Shown piece after piece: positions 8,871-17,090 of a stretch of DNA of 24,335 bases (its first letter is position 1; every line of letters begins with the position of its first letter). Where the stretch lies: the NCBI GenBank assembly GCA_964623155.1, contig CAZUUL010000002.1, forward strand, positions 1 through 24,335. The letters are read 5' to 3'. Origin of the DNA: an uncultured Gammaproteobacteria bacterium (GTDB lineage Bacteria; Patescibacteriota; Microgenomatia; CAZUUL01). The notes below the pieces were generated by a model. That model saw nothing but the letters and a program-made list of their open reading frames with translations, did no database searches and had not been told where the DNA came from. A program made the position numbers and the translations under genes.

Positions 8871-9253
8871 CTGTCAAGGATTTCGCGCCAATTATTCCCA
8901 TAAAGATTCAGGGTCCTAAAGGCTGGTTAGAATTTGAAGCATACATTGATTCTGGAGCGAGTGTTAGTATTTTTCACGCAGACAGGGCCGAAATTTTAGG
9001 CATAGATATCCAGGATGGTGACTCACTGTATCTGACTGTTGGCGACGGTGGACTTTTGGAAGTTTATCTTCATAAAGTAACTGTTGAATTGGCAAGTGAG
9101 CAATTCAGTTCAACCATAGGCTTCTCAGATCACTTGGGAGTAGGATTTAATCTTTTAGGCAGAAAAAGTATTTTCGAGCACTTCAGAATTTGTTTTGACG
9201 ATCTAAATCGCTTTATAGAACTTACACCTATATCCAAGACGGTAAAAAAGTAA
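8846..9253 (+). CDS. retropepsin-like (clan AA) aspartic protease
   Basis: AYIDSGAS catalytic motif and NLLGR motif; single-domain size. Confidence 0.85.
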   Translation: MRFPYYQITVKDFAPIIPIKIQGPKGWLEFEAYIDSGASVSIFHADRAEILGIDIQDGDSLYLTVGDGGLLEVYLHKVTVELASEQFSSTIGFSDHLGVGFNLLGRKSIFEHFRICFDDLNRFIELTPISKTVKK

Positions 9254-9268
9254 CCGTCGGCGAAAAGA

Positions 9269-9305
9269 TACCCTGAAGGTGCCAAGCTAAACCACCCTAA
9301 GGGTG
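9269..9305. repeat. CACC-N5-GGTG doublet repeat, copy 2
   Basis: TACCCTGAAGGTG, 11 nt (CCAAGCTAAAC), CACCCTAAGGGTG. Confidence 0.6.
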
Positions 9306-9360
9306 TGTGAAGATCACATGTTATAATAAACCTATAGTTTAAAAGATCGGAGGTGAAATT

Positions 9361-9648
9361 TTGATGAGACACGAAATTAAATCTATGATTCCTAGGATGG
9401 AGGCACATAAAATAGGTCAAAGAGAGTTTGGGGATGGAGAGTCAATGTGGCGAGGATGGAGTAGGGGATTATGGACTGACAGAGTACATACCCATACTCA
9501 AGTAGCCCTAGGCACTAAGCGAACAATTACCATTATGGGAAAAGGCTTTGATGGAGGAACTGCTACTGAAATAAAATACGCTCGCGAGGATGATAACGGA
9601 GTTAAAGGATATATTGTTATTTTTAATAAACAGCCAACAGTTGAGTAA
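9361..9648 (+). CDS. hypothetical protein
   Basis: 95 aa ORF; TG-T-TATAAT promoter near 9319-9327 and GGAGGTG just upstream; ATG at 9364. Confidence 0.55.
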   Translation: MMRHEIKSMIPRMEAHKIGQREFGDGESMWRGWSRGLWTDRVHTHTQVALGTKRTITIMGKGFDGGTATEIKYAREDDNGVKGYIVIFNKQPTVE

Positions 9649-9692
9649 CACGAGAATAAAACCATTATCAAAGATGTGAAGTTATGAAGTTA

Positions 9693-9727
9693 CACCTGGG
9701 ACGTGTTTTTCTCTTTACACCTAGGGA
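9693..9727. repeat. CACC-N5-GGTG doublet repeat, copy 3
   Basis: CACCTGGGACGTG, 12 nt, CACCTAGGGA. Confidence 0.6.
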
Positions 9728-9735
9728 AAATGGGG

Positions 9736-9798
9736 TTATTTCTTTTCCAGCGGAATATTGATGAAGGGCAAAGACGAGCTGCCGGCGACTTGAGGAAG
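9736..9798 (-). pseudogene. orphan 3' end of an SPFH/prohibitin gene
   Basis: Translates LPQVAGSSSLPFINIPLEKK*, 17/20 identical to the C-terminus encoded at 12599-12661. Confidence 0.8.
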
Positions 9799-9804
9799 AT
9801 GATA

Positions 9805-10043
9805 CTATTTGGGTTTAATTTTTTGCAGTAACCTTTCGCTTAACTGAAGGTAAAAATGGATGAGATCATCTTTGTTTAATGGTTTTAGCATGCGAGGAAA
9901 ACGAGTAAGTTTAGAAACGTCAACGATAATTGTGGCACAGAAAGAGCAGTACCACCTGTAAGAAAAAATGTTTTACCCGCCAGTGTGGCCAAAAATTGCC
10001 GGATTATTTGTTTTTGCAATGGCGTAAGGCTCGCTTGATTCAT
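9805..10043 (-). pseudogene. AbiEii-type nucleotidyltransferase toxin with a large internal deletion
   Basis: N-terminus MNQASLTPLQKQII...FFLTGGTALS joined out of frame to C-terminus ...TRFPRMLKPLNKDDLIHFYLQLSERLLQKIKPK*; both parts align with 14769-15425. Confidence 0.75.
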
Positions 10044-10049
10044 TATGGA

Positions 10050-10301
10050 TTATTTAGACCAAACAGTAAGTGCACGTTGCCAGGCGCGAGCAATAGATTT
10101 TTTAAGTTTTAGTTTTGGGAAAACTGATTTTAGCTGCTTTAATGTGATGTATTTCCAAATCTCAGCAAACGGTGCACTTTCTAACAAACGGGCAATCGCC
10201 CAGCGCTTAGTACTATCGCCCTCCCGGTTGTTTATGATGTTTTTTAGCTGATTGGAAGTTAGCTGATAATCCCAGAAATATGGTAAATATTTGTTGCTCA
10301 T
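10050..10301 (-). CDS. small AbiEii partner (DUF6922-like putative antitoxin)
   Basis: YFWDY motif, IARLLE; directly upstream of the AbiEii remnant, the same arrangement as 15371-15613. Confidence 0.65.
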   Translation of the reverse strand: MSNKYLPYFWDYQLTSNQLKNIINNREGDSTKRWAIARLLESAPFAEIWKYITLKQLKSVFPKLKLKKSIARAWQRALTVWSK

Positions 10302-10592
10302 AAACTATATTTTACTCTTCTAAAGAGTAAATGGTAGTTTTTCACACACCTCGTTCACACACCTGGTGTGAAATACCTGAAGGTGAAGCTGTCGGAGAAG
10401 ACCCTCTTCGGTCACGAGTCCACCAACACTATCGTTATGATGATATTCAACCGTTTCTGTTTCCATACTACGCGCAAGAGTAGTAATTAATACAGGAATT
10501 TTAACCTTTATATTATATACTATGAGACAATATTTTGAGGAAATGGGGTTATGGTGAATTCGCACCTGAAGTTATGGTATAATTTTTCCATA

Positions 10593-10865
10593 ATGACAAA
10601 GAGTACAAGCGTAAAGGTAATCAATATCCAGGATAAATTAGCCCTCTTTAATGAATACTGGTCTCCCAAGATTGTGGGAGAGCTCAATAACCATAAAGTG
10701 CAGGTTGTGAAGCTCAAAGGCGAATTTGTCATCATTCCTCACCTGATTGAGCACAAACCGGAAGCGCCCGAGGAAATTCACATCATCCTTATTGAACCCA
10801 AAAGCACGGTAAATACTGGCAATGTGGTTTCAAAGCATACCGTCCAAACCGCCCAAGAGTTTTAA
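10593..10865 (+). pseudogene. cupin-domain protein with in-frame deletion of the metal-binding core
   Basis: KLALFNEYWSPKIVGELN...KLKGEFV runs directly into IIPHLIEHKP...EPKSTVNTGNV; the usual WHxHxxEDE...GEF segment is missing. TGGTATAAT at 10575-10583. Confidence 0.7.
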
Positions 10866-11070
10866 AACCTCCACCCACAAGATAGCAGATTACTAATCTT
10901 TTCTCAAAACTAATCGCTAAAAGCAATAGAGATTCTATTTGCGACGACGCCACAATTCGCGTGATCGAGAAATCGATTGACTGTCGGCAACAACTTGAGA
11001 TTCGGCCACAATGGCCAAGCAGAGAGCCTTGGGAGAGAGATGATCGCTAAAGCTACTCGTCAAAACCATG

Positions 11071-11517
11071 TTAACGTCGGGGTTTTGGTCCTCGTGATCG
11101 TCGAGGAGTACCAGCCTCTTGCAGGCGAAGGCTCACTTCCCATTTACTAAGATCGTATCGTTCAGCAATCTGCTCAAGAGTAAGCCCTTGTAAATAGAGT
11201 TCCGAAGCAAGTTTTGGGGTAAGCTCAGGAGCTTTGTCATGACCAGGACCTCCTTCAAGTAGGTTTATGTTTTTACCACTTTCTCTTAGTTTCCTTTCCA
11301 GGGTAACATGAGACATAGAAAGTTTACTACTTGCTTTCCTGAGACTGCCTTCTTCTTTATAGACTCTCTCAAGCTCATCTGGATCATAGGGAATTGGCCG
11401 CCTTCCTGGTAGATTTCCTTCAATTCCCTGCCGTTGCCTTTCTCTTTTCACATGTGTGGTAGAGACGTCGAAATACTCTGCTATCTCATTTATTGACCAT
11501 CCTGGCTTGCTCTTGAC
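11071..11517 (-). pseudogene. 5'-truncated multi-HTH protein
   Basis: The frame stays open 22 codons upstream of the called GTG (GWSINEIAEYFDVSTTHVKRE, a further HTH) with no start codon, up to a TAA at 11518-11520; two more HTH-like repeats follow. Confidence 0.55.
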
Positions 11518-11549
11518 TTAGTTAATAGTTTATAGTAAACTATTAACTA
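11513..11549 (+). promoter_or_regulatory. promoter overlapped by a perfect 14-bp inverted repeat (putative operator)
   Basis: TTGACT (11513), 17 nt, TAAACT (11536); TAGTTAATAGTTTA-tag-TAAACTATTAACTA spans 11519-11549 and ends on the A of ATG. Confidence 0.75.
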
Positions 11550-12547
11550 TGAAAAGCTCTACTAGAGATAGAATCATTGCCTACATTACATATCATGGAC
11601 AAGCCAGAGTCTATGATTTAGTACGCGAACTGCGGATTAGTAATGTTGCTGTTCATAAGCAACTGAACCAGTTACTAAAAGCAGGCCTTTTAACGCGCGA
11701 AGGGAAGCCGCCAATTGTTTTTTATACGTTTCCTTCAAAAGAAAAGGTTAGCTCCATTGAAACAGAAACCTTACCAGAGGATACTGAAGGCCTCATTGCC
11801 GAAAACTTTCTCTCAATTACTCCTGATGGAACATTGCTCTATGGCCTAGATGGATTTAATTACTGGGTAGAAAAATATGGAAAGAAGACGCCGTATGGAA
11901 AGATCGCACATGAATATGTGGCTCTTTGGAAAGAGCAAAAGAAGCATTTCGACCAAGGAGGTTGGATTGATGCAACTGTTAAATTAACACGTTCCTTTTC
12001 AGAGGCATATGTAGATCACTTATTATTTGAAGATGTATACAGCTATAAGGTGTTTGGCAGAACCAAGCTTGCAAAACTTGTTATGTATGCAAAGCAAGTA
12101 GGCGCTCGAGAACTTATAGATCAGATTGCTGCTCTAGCTAAACCAGTCATAGAAAGGATTATTAGGTCATACTCAATTAATGCTATTGCGTATATTCCGC
12201 CTACCGTACCAAGACCCTTACAGTTTATGGATGAGTTTGCCTCACAGCTTAGACTGCCTTTACCAGAAATTGATCTGGTGAAGGTTATTCCTGGAGACAT
12301 TCCTATTCCTCAAAAGACACTAGCAGGTCTTCATGAGAGAATGATTAATGCACGTGATTCAATTTATTTAAAAAATACTACAGAGCTTTCTTATGCCAAC
12401 GTTTTACTGCTTGACGACGTAGTAGGTTCTGGCGCCTCCTTCCATGAAACGGCAAAGAAATTAAAAACAGCGAAGGCAGGAAAAAATATTGTCGCATTTG
12501 CACTGGTAGGGGCAATAAAAGGGTACGATGTTATTCGGGAGATATAA
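11549..12547 (+). CDS. winged-HTH plus phosphoribosyltransferase-fold (ComF-like) protein
   Basis: N-terminal wHTH (LVRELRISNVAVHKQLNQLLKAGLL); C-terminal PRPP-binding loop VLLLDDVVGSGAS. Confidence 0.8.
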   Translation: MKSSTRDRIIAYITYHGQARVYDLVRELRISNVAVHKQLNQLLKAGLLTREGKPPIVFYTFPSKEKVSSIETETLPEDTEGLIAENFLSITPDGTLLYGLDGFNYWVEKYGKKTPYGKIAHEYVALWKEQKKHFDQGGWIDATVKLTRSFSEAYVDHLLFEDVYSYKVFGRTKLAKLVMYAKQVGARELIDQIAALAKPVIERIIRSYSINAIAYIPPTVPRPLQFMDEFASQLRLPLPEIDLVKVIPGDIPIPQKTLAGLHERMINARDSIYLKNTTELSYANVLLLDDVVGSGASFHETAKKLKTAKAGKNIVAFALVGAIKGYDVIREI

Positions 12548-12556
12548 TTTTATGAG

Positions 12557-12591
12557 CACCTGGGAGGTGATTTAGCTAGGACACCTAGGGA
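12557..12591. repeat. CACC-N5-GGTG doublet repeat, copy 4
   Basis: CACCTGGGAGGTG, 12 nt (ATTTAGCTAGGA), CACCTAGGGA, between convergent stops. Confidence 0.65.
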
Positions 12592-12598
12592 TAAATGG

Positions 12599-13471
12599 TT
12601 ATTTCTTCTCCAGAGGAATATTGATAAACGGTAGCGACCCACTCCCAACTACCTGAGGCATTTTTCCATCCCACTTTTTTATGGCTTCAAGCTGGAGAAA
12701 TTCTTGCGTGAGGGTTTGCTTCTGCAAAGCCTGTGCTTCAGCCAAGCCTTTAGCTTCTGCAATCTTTGCCTCTGCCCGTTGAGAGGCTTCTTTGACCTCA
12801 AATTCTGCTTGTTTTACCCGCTGCTCGGCAATAACTTTATTTTCAATTGCTTTGGAGTATTCAGGCGAAAAATAGACAGCCCGGAGTAATAATTTATCCA
12901 AGATAATATGCTTTTCTTTCACAAGTTCAGTAATTTCTTTCTGCATGACAGATTCTGCTTCTTGGCGCTTCTCTGAATAAATGGCTGTAGCACTGTAGCG
13001 GCTTATCACCATTCGAATTTGACTGCGGGTTATGGTGCGGATTATTTTATCGATGTAATCAACGCCAATCGTCTTCCAAATCACTGGCGCTGCACCTGGT
13101 TCAATACGGAATAAGACAGAGGCATCAACTTTTACCTGTTAACCATCACTGGTCGGAGCATCCAGTGAGTCGTCACGACGCAACGCTCCCTCATCGGGCG
13201 CTGCTGACATGGTATATTCCTGAATTCTGGTATCAAACAGTTGCGCACTTTGCCAAAAGGGGATGAGGATATTTATCCCTTCATGCAGTTCGTACGGCAA
13301 TACTCCCCTACCTCGATCATATATTGCTCCAACAAAACCAGGCGGAACAAAGATCACAAAAGCGCGCAAGAAAATAAGTAGAAGTATTGTCCCAGTCACC
13401 CAGGGGAGAAAACGAGTAAATCGTCCAAAGGTGGTAAAGTCATAAGTGGTCGCAAATCGTGGCACTGGCAC
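12599..13471 (-). pseudogene. SPFH/prohibitin (band 7) family gene split by one in-frame TAA
   Basis: 13139-13471 and 12599-13084 are in the same frame and read ...PTSDG*QVKVDASVLFRI...; N-terminal TM, VPPGFVG, EAIKKWDGKMP. Confidence 0.8.
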
Positions 13472-13515
13472 ATGCCTATCGTAGGCGATTTAGAGTACAG
13501 AGTCAAGCAGATGAT

Positions 13516-14640
13516 TTATGAGAACAAGGCAATGTAATCTAAATAAGAGTATATCCGATTTCTCCGTTGTCCTGTTGTTTCTTTGAGTATTCCCAAGTTC
13601 TCGAATTTTGATACGAGAACTAAAGCATTAGGATTGGATAACGATGTAATCTGTTCGATATCTTTTACTCTAACAATAGGAGTTCGATACAAGCTATTAA
13701 GAAGCAGCATTCCTTTTTCCGCAGACCTTCCAAGACTTGCAACCTTAGCTACATGATTCTCTCGAAGCTTTATTATCTTCCTTGCTGTTTCAACTGCTTT
13801 ATCGGAAGTTGTTATAACTCCTTCGAGGAAGAACTTTAACCAGCCTTCAATATCATCTTTTTCTCTAAAGTCATTTAACTTATCGTAATATGCTTGTCTA
13901 TGCATTCTAAAGAAGTCTGATACATACAGCAATGGCTTTCGTAAGATACCTTGCTGGTAGAGGTAAAACGCTATAAGCAGTCTTCCAATTCTGCCATTAC
14001 CATCTAAGAATGGATGAATTGTTTCAAACTGCGCATGAATTAAACCAGTTTTTATAAGGATTGGCACGGGTGAAGCATGATGCAGGTACTCTTCTAAGTT
14101 ACCCATAAGCTTCATAACTTCTGTTTTGGGTGGAGGAATAAACACAGCAGTTTGCAAACTTGCGCCTCCTACCCAATTTTGGGAAGTCCTAAACTCTCCA
14201 GGATGTTTGTGTTCTCCTCGTACTCCTTGTAGCAACTTTTCATGAATTTCTCGAATAAGGCGTAAAGAGAGAGGTAGTGTTTTTAATCGTTCTATACCAT
14301 AGTTCATGGCGGCAATGTAGTTAAGTACCTCATGGACGTCTTTATGTATCTCTGCATCTTCTATTCGTGCTTCTGCTTTGAGTACATCCTCAAATGTGGC
14401 TTGGGTGCCTTCTATTTGACTTGAGAGTGTGGCTTCTTTTCGTACATACATTAGAATAAAGAGATCCACATGAGGAAACATATCCGCGACACTGTCTAAT
14501 CTTCCCATAGCAAGATCAGCCTTAGAAAGAAGGCTCTGAAGATCTGCATCCATTCTTACCTCAAATGGCAAAGGGTTAGACACAAATGCCTTATACCGTA
14601 ATTCACCATGGAGCTGGTTAAGATAAATTCCTGTCCTCAT
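13516..14640 (-). CDS. Fic-domain protein with N-terminal extension and C-terminal wHTH
   Basis: Canonical HPFLDGNGRIGR motif; EATLSSQIEGT, PGEFRTSQNW. Confidence 0.92.
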   Translation of the reverse strand: MRTGIYLNQLHGELRYKAFVSNPLPFEVRMDADLQSLLSKADLAMGRLDSVADMFPHVDLFILMYVRKEATLSSQIEGTQATFEDVLKAEARIEDAEIHKDVHEVLNYIAAMNYGIERLKTLPLSLRLIREIHEKLLQGVRGEHKHPGEFRTSQNWVGGASLQTAVFIPPPKTEVMKLMGNLEEYLHHASPVPILIKTGLIHAQFETIHPFLDGNGRIGRLLIAFYLYQQGILRKPLLYVSDFFRMHRQAYYDKLNDFREKDDIEGWLKFFLEGVITTSDKAVETARKIIKLRENHVAKVASLGRSAEKGMLLLNSLYRTPIVRVKDIEQITSLSNPNALVLVSKFENLGILKETTGQRRNRIYSYLDYIALFS

Positions 14641-14648
14641 AGCTAGTT

Positions 14649-14713
14649 AAATCGTAGATATAAATATTCATATCTACGGTTAGTAGTATAAATCGTAGAT
14701 AGTAATCAGTCAA
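14649..14713 (-). promoter_or_regulatory. Fic promoter with three operator-like boxes
   Basis: TTGACT (14713-14708), 17 nt, TATACT (14690-14685); AATCGTAGATA boxes at 14650 and 14691 plus an inverted one-mismatch copy at 14671. Confidence 0.65.
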
Positions 14714-14768
14714 TAGGGGCGAGCCCATGGATATGGATCGTACTTCAAAGTGAGGATTTCTTCTGGTG

Positions 14769-15425
14769 CTATGGTTTAACCACACTTGCTCCAAGTCTTT
14801 TTGCCTGTTTACGAAAAAATTCTTTTAACTCAGTGATTTTCACCGGTGTAACCATCTTTGGTAGCATATCAAAATCCTCTACCCCCAAAAAATTACCTGC
14901 TAAAAGCAATGGTTCGAGTTCCATACTAAATTTTATACGAACACCTTCTATTAAATCCCAAAGACTAAATGTTCTAAGGAGAAAGTATAAATCAACAAAA
15001 TCCTTAATCTCTCCTCTTTGCACAATGGTAAGAAGTTTATTCACTGCAATATCAAGTAGACTATCAATAGCTAATCCATGATAATCTTTACCAACCCTCA
15101 AGCGCTTGTATGGATAATAACCAAAGTCTACCTTCACCTGCACACTGGGGAAGGTAAGCATACAGATATATACAGGCCCGACTAGCCGGGCATTGAAGGA
15201 AAAATTATGTTTCTTTGCCCATTCGGACAAAAGAGTGAAAATTGATTGCGTATCAAACTTTTTTTCACTAAAAAAGTCGAGATCTTCTGAGTATCGATGA
15301 CCAAGGTAATAAGTAGCCAAGGCTGTCCCGCCCGTAAAGTAAAATTGCTGCCTTAACAAATCGTCCTTAACTACCCAATCCAAAATAAGGGTTTGCTCTT
15401 TGGTGAGGATTGGTATTTTCCCCAT
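14769..15425 (-). CDS. AbiEii-type nucleotidyltransferase toxin (type IV TA)
   Basis: FYFTGGTALA...HRYSEDLDF, KLLTIVQRGEIKDFVDLY. Confidence 0.88.
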   Translation of the reverse strand: MGKIPILTKEQTLILDWVVKDDLLRQQFYFTGGTALATYYLGHRYSEDLDFFSEKKFDTQSIFTLLSEWAKKHNFSFNARLVGPVYICMLTFPSVQVKVDFGYYPYKRLRVGKDYHGLAIDSLLDIAVNKLLTIVQRGEIKDFVDLYFLLRTFSLWDLIEGVRIKFSMELEPLLLAGNFLGVEDFDMLPKMVTPVKITELKEFFRKQAKRLGASVVKP

Positions 15426-15613
15426 ATTAATAGTTCAAATAGCCGGCGTTGTGAGCGAAACAAGTGCAGTTGATCCCAATATTTTTTAACAAGGCTAAGT
15501 TTTATTTTTTCGCCTTTATCCGGACCATAGTTAATCATTCGTTCCAGAATGAGAATCCGTCCCCGCTCAGATTTCTTTAATTCATTGATATTGTAATCCC
15601 AAATATGAACCAT
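15371..15613 (-). CDS. small AbiEii partner (DUF6922-like putative antitoxin)
   Basis: HIWDY motif, LERMINYG; ATG at 15613 downstream of TG-C-TATAAT; overlaps the toxin start. Confidence 0.65.
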   Translation of the reverse strand: MVHIWDYNINELKKSERGRILILERMINYGPDKGEKIKLSLVKKYWDQLHLFRSQRRLFELLIWGKYQSSPKSKPLFWIG

Positions 15614-17066
15614 AACAAGAGTAATTATAGCAAAAATCCGCCATAATATTTTGTTTAACTGCCAAGACACTTACTTTATCTTCATATAAAATCTCCCAGT
15701 TTGGAAGCACGCGAATCATTTGCACCAAAGGTAGGTTGGGTGGGAGAAGAATACCTTCAACTTGGTACTGATCAAAAAGTTCCTGCCAGTGCGGACCAAG
15801 GTATACTATTTGATGATAATCATCAAGGAAAAACCGATCCCCGACCACTTTAAACACATCCATGATCCCATTCTCAAATACTTTCCGCTCTGGCAACTGC
15901 CAAACCAAATACCCGCCCCAGTTAAAGTAGTTAATCAGCCGTTCAGGGACAGGATGAGTTTTGATATAGTTAATAGCACCATAGGGATAGTTTTGCCGAT
16001 ACGAGGCTAAAAAAGCCGGATTATTCATCATCCGCAAACTGGTATCAACGTTGTAAACTCCCCGACTAAGTATTGCAAGGGAAAAAGCCGCCAAAGCCAC
16101 AGTTGGCGGAGAAAAAAGCGATAAGCGGAACCTAATTAGCAGCGTTTGGCGAATAAATGTAGCCACCAGAGGTAAAAAGAGAGTAAAAAAGAACAAACTC
16201 ATCCTGACACTTTTAAGGGAAAAGAAGAAGAAAAGCAGCGAAAGCAAAAGCTCTGTCAGATTAAGGCGATTCTTTTTTATAAAAAAAAGTCCGTAACAAG
16301 CAATAACCAATGCGCCAACCAAAACATGGATGCCTCCCCGACTAAAGAGCGGCAGCCATTCCATGTTAAACTGTTGATTAAAAGGGTTTGAGGGAATGGC
16401 TGTGACAGATTGATAAATGCTAAAACCATAGGGATTAACTAGCGTAGCCAGAATTGAGAGTATTGTCACTGCAACCAAATTCTTAACCATCGTCCACATT
16501 TTGTCTCCTTTAATTGCAATACAAGTTTTTATCAACTCACACATAGTCACTCCGGCCAAAAAAACTAACCCGCTAAAAAAACCCCCGTGGAGGTTCACCC
16601 AAAGGACAAAAAGGCCGGGAACTAGATAGATACTTGGCCCGCCTTTTTTAAAATAACTGTAAACAAAACTAACCACAAGGCTAAAAAAAAGAAAACTTAC
16701 AACTTGCGGCCGGACACCAATTGAGGAAAAAATAATTGCTGCTGCCAGAAGCAGCAAGATTAGGGAGAAGAGTGACTGCCCCATCCGAAGATAAACAAAC
16801 CATAAACCAATACTGATCAAAAGGCTTACCCATACTGTAATTGCCAGCAAACCTGCCTGTTTATAAAACCAGGCGAAAATGACTTCTGATAACCATGAAT
16901 GGTAAATGTAGGGGTAATCAGGCAGAGAAAAAGAGAAAAGGTCGCTCCTGGGAATGGTATGAGTACTAATAATAAACTTTCCTACTCCCAGATGGACACC
17001 TAAGTCTGGATCATCAGGAAACTGAAAAACCAGAAGAAAAATACCTAAAAAGAGAAGTAGTTTTAT
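15582..17066 (-). CDS. polytopic membrane protein, GT-C-like glycosyltransferase; probable ATA start at 17066
   Basis: The frame is open 80 codons upstream of the track start and includes DDPDLGVHLGVG...YHSWLSEV; also VRPQ, WVNLHGGF, NYFNWGGYL. AGGAGG lies 8 nt before ATA. Confidence 0.7.
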   Translation of the reverse strand: MKLLLFLGIFLLVFQFPDDPDLGVHLGVGKFIISTHTIPRSDLFSFSLPDYPYIYHSWLSEVIFAWFYKQAGLLAITVWVSLLISIGLWFVYLRMGQSLFSLILLLLAAAIIFSSIGVRPQVVSFLFFSLVVSFVYSYFKKGGPSIYLVPGLFVLWVNLHGGFFSGLVFLAGVTMCELIKTCIAIKGDKMWTMVKNLVAVTILSILATLVNPYGFSIYQSVTAIPSNPFNQQFNMEWLPLFSRGGIHVLVGALVIACYGLFFIKKNRLNLTELLLSLLFFFFSLKSVRMSLFFFTLFLPLVATFIRQTLLIRFRLSLFSPPTVALAAFSLAILSRGVYNVDTSLRMMNNPAFLASYRQNYPYGAINYIKTHPVPERLINYFNWGGYLVWQLPERKVFENGIMDVFKVVGDRFFLDDYHQIVYLGPHWQELFDQYQVEGILLPPNLPLVQMIRVLPNWEILYEDKVSVLAVKQNIMADFCYNYSCYGSYLGLQYQ

Positions 17067-17090
17067 AAGATTATCCTCCTTGCTAAACTT

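Noticed and set aside
2110-9343. 15-bp identity AACCTATAGTTTAAA at 2110 and 9329
   Set aside because: AT-rich 15-mer; about one such match is expected by chance in 24 kb.
10320-10565. 81 aa ORF and the opposite-strand fragment ending ...FPYYAQE*
   Set aside because: Runs through repeat boxes and a promoter; no recognisable family on either strand.
8541-12591. Doublet repeats as a CRISPR array or integron attC sites
   Set aside because: Not regularly spaced, no cas or integron integrase in the window, and no GTTRRRY/RYYYAAC ends.
13139-13141. Possible stop-codon reassignment or programmed readthrough explaining split genes
   Set aside because: TAA, TAG and TGA all terminate intact genes in this window, and the other lesions are deletions; ordinary decay is simpler.
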